Origin: Azolla caroliniana
Lineage: Eukaryota; Plantae; Polypodiophyta
NCBI GenBank assembly: GCA_043228905.1
Contig: JBHGNT010000001.1
Location: 24,862,001-24,926,000 of the forward strand
Direction: 5' to 3'
DNA: 64,000 nucleotides
Of the stretch, positions 34,901 to 49,100 are shown piece by piece. How positions within the stretch are numbered: position 1 is the stretch's first letter; each line of letters opens with the position of its first letter. Both the position numbers and the translations under genes were made by a program. The notes below the pieces were generated by a model. That model saw only the letters and a list, made by a program, of their open reading frames with translations. It had not been told where the DNA came from and ran no database searches.

Positions 34901-37609
34901 AGGAAGCCGAGGAGACGGCTTACGCGCAAAGAGAAAGGAACGAGTCAGACCGACGCGAGTCCGACTACGAGGGAACCGGTGACGGGTCTTTAAAGATGAA
35001 GACCGTGTCGACCGAGAAGGCCTCGACATCGGCTAATGTGAGATTACGCCGATCTACCCGCCCGAAGAATCCTATTTTGCAGTTCGGATACAACGAGTAC
35101 ATGGCGCATCATTATGCGTACATGACCCGTGTAGCGGAAGTGCGTGAGCCGGAGAGCTATGCAGAAGCGGCTAAAGACGTGAATTGGCGTGCCGCGATGG
35201 AGGAAGAGATGCACGCATTGGCGGAGAACGAGACCTGGCACCTGGTTGACGCACCGAAGGGTGTGAAGCCGATCGGGTGTAGGTGGGTGTACAAGGTCAA
35301 GTACAACACCGATGGCTCGGTCAACCGGTACAAGGCTCGGCTAGTGGCAAAGGGCTACGCGCAGAAACACGACATTGACTACGATGTGACATTTGCGCCG
35401 GTCGCGAAAATGACGACCGTCCGTGTTTTGCTCGCAGTAGCTGCCGTGAAGGGGTGGCACTTACATCAGATGGATGTAAAGAATGCGTTCCTGCAAGGTG
35501 ACCTTGAGGAACAGGTGTACATGGTACAACCCCCCGGATTTCACTCTGGAACGAACTCCTCGGCAGTATGCCGACTGAAGAAGTCCCTTTACGGACTGAA
35601 GCAAGCCCCGCGTGCCTGGAACGCGAAGATCACGCAACAACTGCGTCGGATGGGCTTCGTCACGTCAAAATCGGACTCTTCCCTGTTCATCCGGAAAGGT
35701 CGACTCGGACCGGTTAGTATTCTACTATATGTTGATGACTTGGTCATCACCGGCGCCGACCTAGGTGAAATCAACCGCGTGAAGATCCAGCTTGCAGCAT
35801 CGTTCGACATGAAGGATCTGGGGGACCTTCATTACTTCCTCGGGATCGAAGTGATCCGTACCCCCGAAGGCATATTGATCAGCCAACGTCATTACGTGCT
35901 GAGTATGCTCTTCAAATTCGGGATGGCCGACTGTAAGTCCGTCTCGACTCCTCTGGACAGAACCGTCAAGCTTTGTCCCGATACGGGAAAGGTATGCGAC
36001 CCGACGAGGTTCCGACAAATTGTTGGAAGCCTTATATACTTGACCATCACCCGACCCGACCTCAGTTATCCGGTCGAAGTGATCAGTCAGTTCATGGCGC
36101 GACCTACCGAGGAGCACCTTCAGTGTGCGCAACGCGTACTATGGTACGTAAGTGGCACTAAGGACTGCGAACTGTTATATCGGACCGGTGCAGCCGCGCA
36201 GTTAGTCGGCTACACCGATGTTGATTGGGTTGGCCACGCCGCCGATCGCCGATCCACATCCGGATACGCTTTCTCCCTCGGGAGTGCCGCGATCGCATGG
36301 AGCAGTAAGAAGCAGCCGATAGTTGCACTGTCGAGCACCGAAGCTGAGTACCGAGGAGCGGCTGTCGCGACATGCGAAGCCATATGGTTGAAGCGGCTAC
36401 TTAAGGACCTGCAAGTGGAGGTGTCAGATCCGACGACGATCTATTGCGACAACCTCAGCAGCATCCAGCTCGCGAAGAACCCCGTTTTCCATGCACGGAC
36501 CAATCACATTGAGGTGCACTACCATTTCGTCCGTGAGCATGTCCTTTCCGGTGAAGTCGAACTTCAGTACGTGCCGACGGATCGGCAGACTGCCGACATC
36601 TTCACAAAGCCTCTTGGTCTGGACAAGTTGCGGCAATTCTCAGGTGCACTCGGGTTGCGTCACCTCGACGTGCCAACCTTGAGGGGGAGAACAGTCCCGA
36701 ACGACCAAGCAAGGCAGCAGGAAAGGAGCGAAGACCGCGACACCGAGTCCGAGTCGGTTGACTCGGTTGTCGAGTTCGACTTCGGATCGGCTGAAGAAGC
36801 CGAGGGTGGACCCACGGAAAAGTCTGAAAGCGGATAGAAGGGGAGCAGCCGAAGGAGAGAGCCGAAGCCAACCACACATGGGCGAGATGACACAATCGAG
36901 GGCGAGAAGACCGAAGACGAGTTGGAGACAGCCAACTCGGATGAGAGCGAAAACCGATTGGAAGTAGCCGAGTTGGTTCGGATGTTTGATTCAAACACAT
37001 TGAATCAACCGAGGCCCAAGCGGAAGAAAAGGCAGCAGAAGAAGTGTTGACACCGCAACAGCAGAAGAGCTTATAAGGGTCACATGAGCAGACAAGCCGA
37101 CCGTAAGGGTCGAAGCACGCAGAGTCGAATAGGTCGAGGAGCGCGAGCGAGGCGTGAAGCCAGGAGGAACCGGAGCTATGAAGATCCCGAAGAGCCTCAA
37201 GTTGAGCTTGAGGGGGAGTGTTGAGAGACAAGCTCAACATCGGCTGGATCGGCTGAAGAAGTCGAGGACCGGATCAGTTGGGACCGATCGGTTAGGCCGA
37301 GTGCGTAAACCGGGAGGCCATTAGGAAAGATATTCCGTGAGGAATATATTTGGGAGTTAGTGTAGGAGCTCTTAATGAGCATTGAAGTATTGTCAGTACT
37401 TCGGTCAATCCTTCTAGGACTTGTATAAAAGTGTTCACTGAAGCACGTCTTATGTACAGATTGGGTATTATTGTTGAACATAGTTTTTTGTGTTTCTCTC
37501 TCTCTCTGTCTCTCCTGCGTATACCGTGTAAGCTCAAGCTCTCCATTAAACCTGAGTTTCCTCCCTTCTGTTCGGTCTTCATACTTGCTTCCGCACGCTA
37601 CTTTCTACA
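31984..37609 (+). mobile_element. Full-length Ty1/Copia retrotransposon (defective)
   Basis: LTRs 31984-32372 and 37219-37609 (about 11 substitutions plus a 2-bp indel). TSD AATGT. PBS TGGTATCAGAGC at 32373-32384. PPT GAGGGGGAG at 37210-37218. Confidence 0.96.
32457..36837 (+). pseudogene. Copia gag-PR-INT-RT-RH polyprotein with stops and frameshifts
   Basis: CWYCGKKGHRESEC knuckle, WYVDSGASNHMT, LWHKRIGH...CEACQ, IHSDVWGP, LRSDGGKEY, YVDD, ALSSTEAEY. Broken into ORFs 32652..33380, 33377..33772, 33791..34993 and 34996..36837. Confidence 0.93.
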
Positions 37610-39349
37610 AATGTGATCAAACGCAAAACATTGTATCAATGTGTAATACTCAAATTCCTGAAGTTGTCTAGGGCAAAGTGTGCATAGTCGATTCCTCTCA
37701 TCACGTGTGCCCTAATGCCTTGTGTAACATCCTAGCACGAGTTGGAGCTAAGTTGTATAGAAGCACTGGTTGAGATGACAAACAATGGGATGAGCGCTAA
37801 CATGTATTGATGTGCAATTTTCTTGCTTGGTGAAGAACATGGTCTTATAGTTAGGTGTAACATATGTAGTATAATGTGTGAACCATGAGCCTCCACATTC
37901 CTCCCATGTCATGATACATTGAGTTCTTAATGGTTGATGGAGTTTTTGTGGTCATTCTTAAGTGGTGAATCAAGAAATGAACAAACACTAGCTTTGCTCT
38001 CCCCATTGCCTAATTGGATATGTACATCATCTTGGCATGTCAAAAGCAAAGTCATGAAAGTTTATGGGTGCCAAATGGAACTAAGTTAGGATTCCCCATT
38101 CAACCCCATTGAACAACTGTTGGAATTGGTCAATGTACAAGCACAACCTTTGTTGGTGAGTTTGTTAATGTCAATTTGTTATAGTTGTGTGACATGTATC
38201 TCCTTTTGTTGTTGCCCACTAAGCAACTCCTCCATGTTCACCAAGTGTTGCTGACTCTTTTCTAACATCTCCATAGATGTTGCTTGTATATTGATTTACT
38301 ATGGTTGGTATACTATCCAATAGATAGTTGTCTATACATTACCCATGGGAGTTTTTGCATTATGCTCAAAAAAAAGGGATGAAACTTTGAGAGAAATTCT
38401 ACTTTGATCGCATTCAATTTTGCCTCTTACCTATTGATCTCCCATGTGCAAACTATATGACCTTTAATGTTTCCAAGGTTGCGTGAGTAAGGGGGTCTTG
38501 TCTTGTGCTAGTAGAATCCCAAATTGGATGCAACGCAGCATCATTGAGCAATCTCTTTACATAGGTTATCACATAGAAATCGTCGATAAATAATCGAAGA
38601 GAAGTGGAATTATATTAAAACAAATATTCAACTACAATTGATCAACACTCACACACGTATTGGTATATATATCGTTCACACTTCCAACAATGCTAAAACA
38701 TTGAGCTGACATTATCCTTAGGGTTTTAGCACATAACAAAACAATGAAAGACGTAACCTTCAAAACAACAAGAAATCAACAAACATATTGAAGCTACCAT
38801 TAACAATTAGAAGTTAGTGAATTCTAAGTGATCGTTTTGAAGGTTATTTTAGCAATATAAAGGTTCCTTTAACTTGGAAATTTATGAATGATAGAAAAAT
38901 GGGGGGAAAGCATATCATGACTTGACCTGCCAACAAAATCTCTTTGGCAACTTCTACATACATAGATTTGACATGCAAACTCTAGCCTAACATAGCTCTG
39001 AATCCGCTATCAAAGAGATCCTTACAAATGTTCCATTCTTTTGGAAGACTAATACTCTAAAAATTCTTGGCCATGTGTAGAATGACTAGGAATGCTCTAT
39101 TCTTGGTGGGGTTTAGTTATTTAGCTACATTTGATCAAAATGTGAGCATCTCAATTGTTATTGCAAAGCTACCATCCTCAAACCACAACCAACATTTCTC
39201 TTTTCAAAGATTATCAACTCTTTATTCAGGTCTCATTTTGTTCAAGCCCTCTATTTGGTTTACCAAATCACATGTCATCACTCCCTATATATTACTCGCA
39301 CCGTAGCCATTTACTTAACATTTCTTAAATTTATCAACTTACAATGTAA

Positions 39350-42046
39350 TTAATTATGATGCATTATCAAGGGTATAAGTTTCTCCTTCATTTCACTTCC
39401 ATTATTCCATGGATATACACTTGCTTTAACCTTTTGAATATTTTCTGTAATCAAGTCAAATAAAGGATACCTGTGAAGATGAAACAACAAAGTCCCAAAA
39501 TAAAAGTAAGTTGTTTATTAGTGAGCATTTGAAATCCTAATGACAAGGTTTCGAAGAGTGTTACAGTTGAAATGGCATACCCTTGTCGAGGAAGTACACA
39601 ATCTTCTAAACCTAGCCTCAATACGGGACAAAGATCACCAATTCCATCACCAAGATATATGATTCTCCTTCTGAGATTACTTGATTCCTCTTGTGTTTCC
39701 TCCTTTATTCCATCTAATACCATTCCCTACCCAAGAAAAATACAAACATACGAGAATGTCTAGTAAAATAAAATAACAAGTAATGAAATCTATGTTTTCA
39801 TTGGAATCTATCACAATTACCTTACACATGTTAGGGGGACATAGAGGACATCCATGTGACCTCCATTGCTTCTTGTGATAAGGCCCTATATGGATTCTTC
39901 CTTCATCAATAAAAGAAGGGTTTGTATGTATTCGACTAAAAAGATGTTGGACCCCGTGTTTTTGTAAGATTGTATCAATAAAGAAATCATTGGCATCACT
40001 CACAATCCTTAGTTCACACCTGCGAATAGAAAATGACTAGTCTTGTATATGAGACCGTGGATGAGGACATCTAGAGGTACTCTCTAATCTTCATAAAAAG
40101 AGCCCAAGAAGGTTGGATAATCTTCTATTGTAGTTTCCATATTCAAAATTGGGAAATTTGCTAAAATAGGCTTGTTGTTTGGAGAAAATCTAAAATAACG
40201 TAAACAAGTACCACACACTTAGGGTCGTTCTTTTTTAATGAGCCCCAATATGTATTGTGAAATGCACATAAGAGATCAAAACCAGTCTAGTTAGCTTCTT
40301 ACTTCTTACTCAATTTATAGTTTATACAAAGGTACCCATTTGGGTTGGCTTAGCTTAAAAGGGTATGCTAAAAGGGTGGGTCGGCTTAGGTACATGCATC
40401 CTAAAAAGGGTGTGCTAAAAGAGTGGCACAAAGGCATACATGCACACCACAATATTATTGGGATGTCTATTTCCCCATTTGGACCCAAAACTTTGATAAT
40501 GTCTCAACTTCATCACAATGTCAAAAAGGAGAGCATTGTGCTCTCCTAGATCACATATTGGTATATCACACTTTTATATATCCCAAATTTGTGAAGATCC
40601 CATTTTGTGACATCTAACTAATGGAAAGAGTTTGAGAGGATGTGTTATTCTAAGGTTGAAAATGGGGGTTGCACCCATGTATTTGTGGGTTGCACCCATG
40701 TGTAAAGCTTTAAGTTCGGCTGGTAATTAATTCATGCATGGCTTATCAATTGTATTAAAATGGGGGTCTTCATTGTAATTGATGTTCAAGAGGATCTAAA
40801 CCCATCTCATTGAATACAAGCTTCTTGTTTGGTTCCCATATCTTGTTAAAGCTGTAATTTAGTAAAGGTCAGACTACTAGATATTGAATAGACTAGAAAA
40901 CATTTCGAAGGCAATCACCAAGAATAGAGGCCAGTTCAGTTTAATAAATGGCAAAAATTCAAAACACAAGTCAAGGCATGAAGGTCAATTGAGAGACCAC
41001 CTATCTAACGACTAGTGTCCATGTAGGCTCTAGCTAGTGAGCCCTAGATATGTTTATGTAATGCGCAAATAGTGTGAACGATCCGTATCTTATTGCAGAT
41101 GTTTGCAATGTAGATGTTTGTGCAATGTACAAGCGCCGTCATAGACAATGCACTTAGATAAACATGTCTCACGGAAAAGCATCGGAAATATGGAAGTTCT
41201 ATGCAATGGAATGAGGGAAGTTGCCAACAACAAATTGCAGTGGTTTTTGTTTTCTGGTTCTCCATTAAAGGATGTCAAGATCCAACAAGTAAGAAGCGTG
41301 CGTGTGTGTGTGTGTGTGTGTGTGTTATAATTATGGATGAAAAATCAGAATAAGAAGACTTAGGAACACAAAGATTTACCCGCGAGCATGGGTTTCTTTA
41401 ATCGCATTTATAGTGTCGAGATCGATGGGGATAGAACGCAGTGCTTCCTGTACATCATCAACAGTGTGGCCCTTCTTTTGGAGGGCTAGCATGAGCACAT
41501 TCTACACAAAAATAAATACACACAACTTTTTAATGCAAGATGTTTACAAGTAATACATATAACCATGGTAAGCAACGTAATCTTCGAAATCCTTAGATGT
41601 TAAATCATGTTATGTGATGGACTCTCTAATCAAGCATGAGAAGAATGAGAGATGGGGGCTCAGAAGCAAATGTAAATGAGACATGCAGTTTGGATGATTC
41701 TTTGCCTTTGTGGGTCCCATCGGTTTACTGTGAGACATGGGCGGATTGATGATCCAAACATTCGGCCGGTATATGATGCATGCATGTGATGATGGCATGG
41801 CAGGGCAGGGCATGGCATGGCATGGCATGGCAATGCAGGAATCACCATCATGTCATTCCATGGGAGGTGGGGTTGGAGGGAGTGGAAGAGAGGGGAGGCT
41901 CCCAGTTGTTGGGCGACCCAAGGGTCGCTATCCACATCCACCACAGTGCAATCAAAGTCGAAGATGACCATCGTGCCATCGCTATCGCCATCGCCATCGC
42001 CATAGCCATCATGCTCCCTCACACTGCACTCTCCTCTTTCATCCAT
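39350..42046 (-). CDS. HAD phosphatase of the PHOSPHO1/PECP1/PS2 family; exons 41846-42046, 41380-41501, 39821-40019, 39581-39726, 39350-39470; 262 aa
   Basis: Motif I IFDFDCTVVDVDSD, IVSDAN, IHTNP, HGCPLCPPNMCKG and motif IV IYLGDGIGDLCP. All introns are GT-AG with consistent phases. Confidence 0.93.
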
Positions 42047-43164
42047 CCTGCACACACACAGACAAGAACAAAACAAACAGAAATAGCAATAATTAACAGG
42101 TCTTCGAAATGATCTCCTCGATACCTACCTATACCTACCTAGTAAAGGCGATCAAATGATCCATATATATCTGTTTACGTTGCTGTTCTCTTTGAGACAG
42201 ACAGATCAGAGAGCGTCTCTTCACATATTTGATATTTCCGTATTGTCTCTTTGTCAAATGAGAAAGAGGCCATGCCATGTTGGAATGTTTGGGACACACA
42301 CTGTTGGTTACCAAGAGAAACAGCCATCTTTTCCTGGAATACCCCTCACCTTTCCTCGATCGCCTTAACAATCCTAACGAACATTACCACCCAACAACAA
42401 AAGCCAAACATTTTTTGAGTTCCAATCACTTGGCAGTAACCTAAAACTATGAATATATATATTATATCATCATTAATTCATACCCACCAACACCAGAGCG
42501 AAATACATTCAACATAGAGGGAATTGTCAATCATACCAAACATACTACACGTTTCATACCAATTTTGTAACTCCATTTCACTTCTTTGGTATGTATTCAT
42601 GTCATCCATACTAGCCTTATTCTTGCTTATTCAACAATTGTGTTTCTCCCTCCCCTTTGAGCATATAATATCGTGAACAGGAGGCTAGTAGGTGGATGTG
42701 CATGGTAGAAACATTTCGGCAAATGGAAACCTAGATTTTTTGTAATTCGTAGCCTCCTATTTAACTTTTGAACAGGCATCACGATGCTACTCTACTGTTT
42801 TTAAGTTCTGATGTGGACTTTATCAATAAAAATTTATTTCATTGAAAATGAATTCATGTAATAGGGTCGCCTATCATAAAAAAATCTATGAAATTTTACA
42901 ACTTATGGCAAGATGTCAGGAGTTAAAATGCACATAAAAGAATGAGTTCAATCTTTTATGCACACTAATGTTTTAATTTTTTAATAGAAGCGCGTACACT
43001 CAAAATCAAAAAATATTTCTTTTATATCAACAGCTCCATTCCAATGGCATATTACAATATAAATACAAGCCGCGAAAATGTATGTCCTGCATGAGTGATC
43101 AATCTCCATTCCGCCTTCATTATAAACATATTAGATTTCAAAATCTTAATCCACAATCGCTCAT

Positions 43165-46100
43165 TCACTTGCCAGCTTTGCCATGTGAATGCAAGTAAAC
43201 AGCAATAGACACCACTCTGAAACAACAATAATCCGAAACACTAATAAATATATGTAATTAGAGAAAATTTTGCATTCTTATTTCATTATAAATAGTACCA
43301 ACAGATACAATGGAGTTAACTACTTACGAAGATCCGAGAACAAATGGTAGTGTCAATTTGAAGTTAAAAAGCACCATGGACACAAGTGCTGTCAGAAGCA
43401 TTGCCACAGATGTGGAGTAAACCTAAAAAAGAGGAAATAGATAAATAAACACAACAATATGGCGAATTCATGCCCCTTCATCACATGGGAGCATCGGCAG
43501 AAAATAATAAAACGCAGGGACATTTGGGGAAAAGAAGAAAAACATGAGTATTTTGGAGTTCTTCATAAAGAAGAACAATAATCTACTGAATAATTTAAGT
43601 GCAGTGAAATAGTAATTACAAAATTAAATTTCTCCTCACCTTTACAATGTTGTCTGCATACTTCATAACCATGGATACTGCGATCCCGCTGAAACAATCA
43701 CAAGACGAATGTGATATTATGGCCAAGCAATTAGACTCTCTATATGAGAGAAAAAACGACCACGCAATCAATTATTATTAAGTAGGTATTACAAATAACC
43801 TGTTGTGTCTATCAGAAAAACACGGGCATTATCTCACTCAAGACAGATGCTTCCTAATAAAAGAAATGGAGAAAAAAGAACACCCATAGAAGAAAGTGTT
43901 CTACTATCCCAATCTCACCATTGATCCATCAACGTGTCTCCTTATTTGTCTATTAAATTTGGCATTCTACCTCGGTTTCACTCATTTGCACAAGTAATCA
44001 GGTTGTGTACTTTACCTCAAAGCATGATTTACTATCATGCAAACAGTTACAGCAGTGTATCCATGAAAAAAGCCCCTGCATACGTATTCCTTTGTCAGGT
44101 GATTATATGACTATATATGAAATCTAGTAAATATCATATATCTTCAAAAAGAATAAAAATGGTCTTCGTCATACTTTTCAATTACAGCATCGAAGTCTTG
44201 AGTGAAGATAGCAATTGAATTGAAGATGATTCCAAAAACATATAACCAAAAATTCTGGACATTGATGTTACGTGAAGGCCTCTTTTTAATTATGACCTGT
44301 TGACAACGCAAAACAACATAATACAAAAAATGAAGAAAAATATCAAACACCTAAATCAATTCAATGCAGCAAAATAACTGCAACTAATTGTGTGTAAAGA
44401 CAATTAGCTTCGCCGTTACCTCAGTATACACACCTGCAAAGCCACTCAGCAATGCCATAATCTGCATAAAAGAAAAGCATCAGTTTGCAACATTAATCTT
44501 GCCTAGTTCAAGAACCAAAGACCCAGCAGCCAATATGTTCAGACAACAAGGTTAAACCTGATGCTATACATATGAGATAATTGTGTTCGACTTCAAAACA
44601 GAGATTGTGACCATGGGATGACTTTATATATCATGAACTCTCCATATAGAAATTTAATTATAGAAATTATTCTTCAAGATGAAGATGGTATGAATGACAA
44701 CACCCAATATGACATAATATTGAGACAATCATGATTTCGCAATTTTAAAGCAACAAAATCAAGAATACACTCACAATTGCCAGTGCCCATCCCTCAAATG
44801 GGGTCTGAAGGACATGCTCTGATCTGAAAGAGAAAATCTGGTTTTCAAACTTCATGGTGGAAGGCACATAACTAAATGGAACAGAAATAAGTACTTGTAA
44901 TTAAACAAAAGGATTGCATTTCTCATTTAACTTACGAGGCATTCAACTGAGCAGTGGTGCAGCCCAATGCAAGAAGAGCATATGCTGCCCATTGGATTGC
45001 AGTAAGTCTGTATGAAGACATCAGATTGTAATAAGAAAATCATGAGATTTTACACCGATAATACTGAGATAATGCAGGAGTAAGCACAACTGAAATGCTA
45101 CCTGCGTTGGAGAAAAAGCTTGTATAGTACCCCTGTTGTAATGATGTTCAGATTCTTCAATATCTGATAGCTTGGGGCATCGACATACAAGAAAACATAG
45201 TACTGTAAACAATAATTAACATATGATTAGATGTCATGTTTCAGTGGAGTGAAACAATTTATTTTACAGAAAATCTTGCAACGTAAAATGAGGGAAAACC
45301 TAAAATCATGTACATCGACAGACAAAACTGAGCTCCATGTGTAAGTTATTCACACATGCATTTAATAAGGCCCTTATAATCAAATGATAGACAAAAGCAT
45401 AATCCTTTCTCTACTAAAAGTGACAAATAGATATATTGGAATTTAGTCTTAACAATCTACGACGCATGCATTAAATGCAGAGACAATGATGGTTTTCAAC
45501 AAAATCAAACACAAATAACAATGAAAAATACTAAACAAAGATGCACGCATGAGAGGAAATATAATGATCCCATTCCAATATCAGGAAAATGCACGCAAAT
45601 ACTCTATTGAGCTAATGCATGGGCTCGGATACATAGACCATCCAAAACGTGGACATGCAGACATACATAAGTACACATTTGTAAGAATGCATACATATAA
45701 GTGTAGATACATATTCTATACAACGCACGTAGATACGACAGTGTCCAGCATAATATTCTAAACTTACAAACGCAGAGAAATCTGAGAAATGGAGATGAAA
45801 TAAGTGAACTACAGACAATCTTTATTTTTAAAGAAAGAGTACACCCTTCATGTACAGGATACTTAGGGATATTATATGCAGAGAAATTCAAAATATCAAA
45901 AGACCATATGCAGCTTTTGATACTTTGTGGTTAGGGATTGGACTACTAGTGGTATCAAAGCATAGGGATCATTACTCCTTGGCTACCTTTAATTTTAACT
46001 GAATTTATTAGGTTTATAGGTGCATCAACCTGAGTAGATACACTACGATAAAATCAACAGATCTACCTGTAAGATATTTTTTATGAGATATAAACCGGCA

Positions 46101-49100
46101 GGAATGGGATACACCTTAACCTCTTCCCATGACATACTCAACCTGCACGGAAGATGCTTCAAGTATTCATTAAAGTGTAGAACTAAGCTTATAAAGTTTC
46201 GAAAACATCAAACATCACATACATCATAAGACTATAAAGTTTCAAAACCATATTTTAACAGTCGTTGTCATAAAAGTAACCAAAGATGTTTGAAAGGGAT
46301 GTCATTTTGGCATGTGGTATAGATGGCCCCACATTACAAATAACAGATAATAGCACTCCGATTCTTCATAATTTATAGTATTCCTCAGTAAGAAAAATCA
46401 TGTAATTAGTAGTATACAGGGCTAGGAAATTGTTGTCTGAGAATCTCATGGGTACAAAGACAAAGGCAACAAGAAGGAGCTCATAAAAGGTTCAAGAAAA
46501 ATAAGGACACAAAATACACGCTACATTTGGGCAGATATCACAGATTTTCTTGGTCTGACTTATTTAGCCTCATCAAACAATTGGTGACAGCATTATATTC
46601 ACTGAAGCTCTGACGTCGAATTCAACATCTCAAGTTACCTTGTAAAATGATATTTGATTCCTTAATTGAAACTTTTAGCCATATCTTTCTAGCCCTTTCT
46701 TTAATTTACTTAGAGAATTGCACTACCCTCTCGTAGCCTCCCTCAGGTTAAACTAAAACAGAAAATATAAATCATCAGTACTACCTGATGAGGAAAACTG
46801 TCCATAAATCAGGTAATACTGGAGCATAAAATAAGGTAGAGAATCATATTCATGCGCTAAGGTTACTAATATTGGTTGTTTCTTCTTACACAATTATCAC
46901 GATTTTCATTTCAATGGAAGAAATCGAATTTCTACATTTTTATTAGACTCCAAACTGAGTAATAAGAAAGTGATGAATACAAAATCCTATGTTTCTGTTA
47001 TATTACGAATAATATTTGAAATTTGATCATTTGGAGCACTGAACACCAATTATAAGTTTCATACTTGTTGTCTTCATTAACACCATTCTTGCGCCAGATT
47101 TGAATCAAGGATGCAAGAGAGATGAGACACTTCAAAAGTTCTACCTGATAAAAAAGAACAACGTTAGAATCTTATCTCCAAAGTTACCTTGCAGAGAAGA
47201 CAAAACATTGAATATGTGCACAGTTTCTGGGGGGGAAGACAGATCTAGAAAGGGCCATTGATATAGACCTTATAACACTGAATCTTGAATTAGCATGGCC
47301 TCTACATGTAAGAAAGATTGAATAAAGCCAATGTGAATTAGCATCTGACATCTATTGATCTCAGAGCACAGAATCTCTAATTACTCATGCCTCTAGATAT
47401 AAGGAGATATTTAATAAAAGCAGCGTGAAGTAGCAGCTTTGATTCTTTTAAAATATAGAGTGGGCAATCTATCACTGGACATGTTGCACACAGGTGGCGG
47501 TTTCATCTGTCAGCAGCATCCAGTGTTCATCAAAATCAAGGACAATGCAAGGGTCTACAACCTAAGAGAAAAGCCTAACTCCTTTCCTCTATTGGGAAGA
47601 TCCAGAAAGAGAATTTCATTGACTCTCCAAAGTTAAGAGTACAAATCAAATGAAATTTCATACAGTGTGACCAGCACTTCCAATGTAGACAGACACACAT
47701 CACCAATCATGTGGGAGCACCCTCTCTTCAAGATACACCACAAGATGATGTTGGAAACTGTATATGAGACTATCATTATGATGGTCCATCAGGTCATGGC
47801 ATGGTAGCATGTTCAATGTGTCTGTGGAATATCCAGAATTTATGAGCATAAAGACGTGGTTACAATATAGACTCATATGTTACCAAACTTTCTGCAGTTA
47901 CCAAAGTACTGCTCCCCAAGAAAGATATCACAAGTGCAGGGCAGAGAATGAATCGTGATTTTAGTGAACTGACTGCACACCAAAGTGACAAAGACAATAT
48001 TGTAACCAGATGAGAAAATAGCATCATCCTTCCAGTCAACAATGTAAGTCTCAAGACAGAGTATGCATAGAAGGAAAACGTATCACAGAGCATGCATTTT
48101 GAGGGCCATCAATGTAATGGCTGTACCCCCAAATCCAGAGGTGCCACTCACAACCTAGCACAGTGAATCTCCTGGACATGTTACAACATCAGTAATTACT
48201 GTCAAACACAAGTAATACTAGGTCGCGGTTGGCGTATTTGCTAAAAGACTTGGCAGTACAGAGTCACAACACACATAATCGAACCAATGAATTATCTTCC
48301 AACCGGGTGATTGATTATTACATATGGCCAACAAGTTCATCTAGCCTTTGTTTTGCACTTCCTCTCAACTCTAGCTTGGGAACATGTGTATTCTTTCTTG
48401 ACTGCATGGAATGTCTATGTGCATACCATTAGCGAAATGCGTGAGGAATAGCCAAGGTACCTTAGGCAGTTTTGCTACTTTTTTTATTTTGATTCGTTGC
48501 TCTTCAAGATGATACACCATTTTCCTATATGATCTCTTATTCAGTCTCATCGGTCATTTGGGCATCTTCAGAAATGTTGATATATCATTGTTTATCACCT
48601 TATATATCCTAATCTTGCAAAAACTTTTAATGTTATCTCCCAAAGTAGCTAATAATAAGCTCAAAATCTAGTGATTTGGGTTCCTTGTCCATTAATAATA
48701 GGAAAAAGCTGTTATGTACCTCTGATTTTCTTCTTTAATTCCTCAAATACCCCTAAGTTTTCGTATTTCCATAAAATCTTTTGGCAGAAACCTCTCAAGC
48801 AATTGTATGGTCAATTCATCTGCTTTCTCTCAGTTATATGAAGTCTGAGTAATATATTGCAATTTTTCCCTCTTTTCTGTCATGCCTGAGTTAATCCAGG
48901 GTACTTAGTTTTTCCCACAATAACATGTAGTCGAAATCTTTTACGCTGCTTTGAGCTCACTCAAATCTAGCTATTTTAGGGCATTGGTTAATTAATACAA
49001 AGGAATGTGTCTCTCCAACTAAAAAGCATACTCTAAAGCATGAATTTAGGAGCACGTTTATAAATATAAAAGGTTCAGTAAAGCTCTTGATTTAGTAAAA

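Larger units (their letters stand above)
31861..37980 (-). mobile_element. RTE-X-like LINE 3' fragment (31861-31983 plus 37615 to about 37980) interrupted by a Copia element
   Basis: Shares TAGGGCAAAGTGTGCATAGTCG (RLCTLCP) with 58626-58647 and has the shared 3'-end motif next to a (GA)n tract. The right boundary is approximate. Confidence 0.65.

Noticed and set aside
32816-37240. Many overlapping antisense ORFs in the GC-rich Copia and Gypsy interiors (also 51-58 kb)
   Set aside because: These are expected shadow frames of GC-rich coding sequence with no independent motifs.
47400-49000. Possible TE or gene remnants in the 2.1-kb transporter intron
   Set aside because: No motif, terminal repeat or TSD could be supported by eye.
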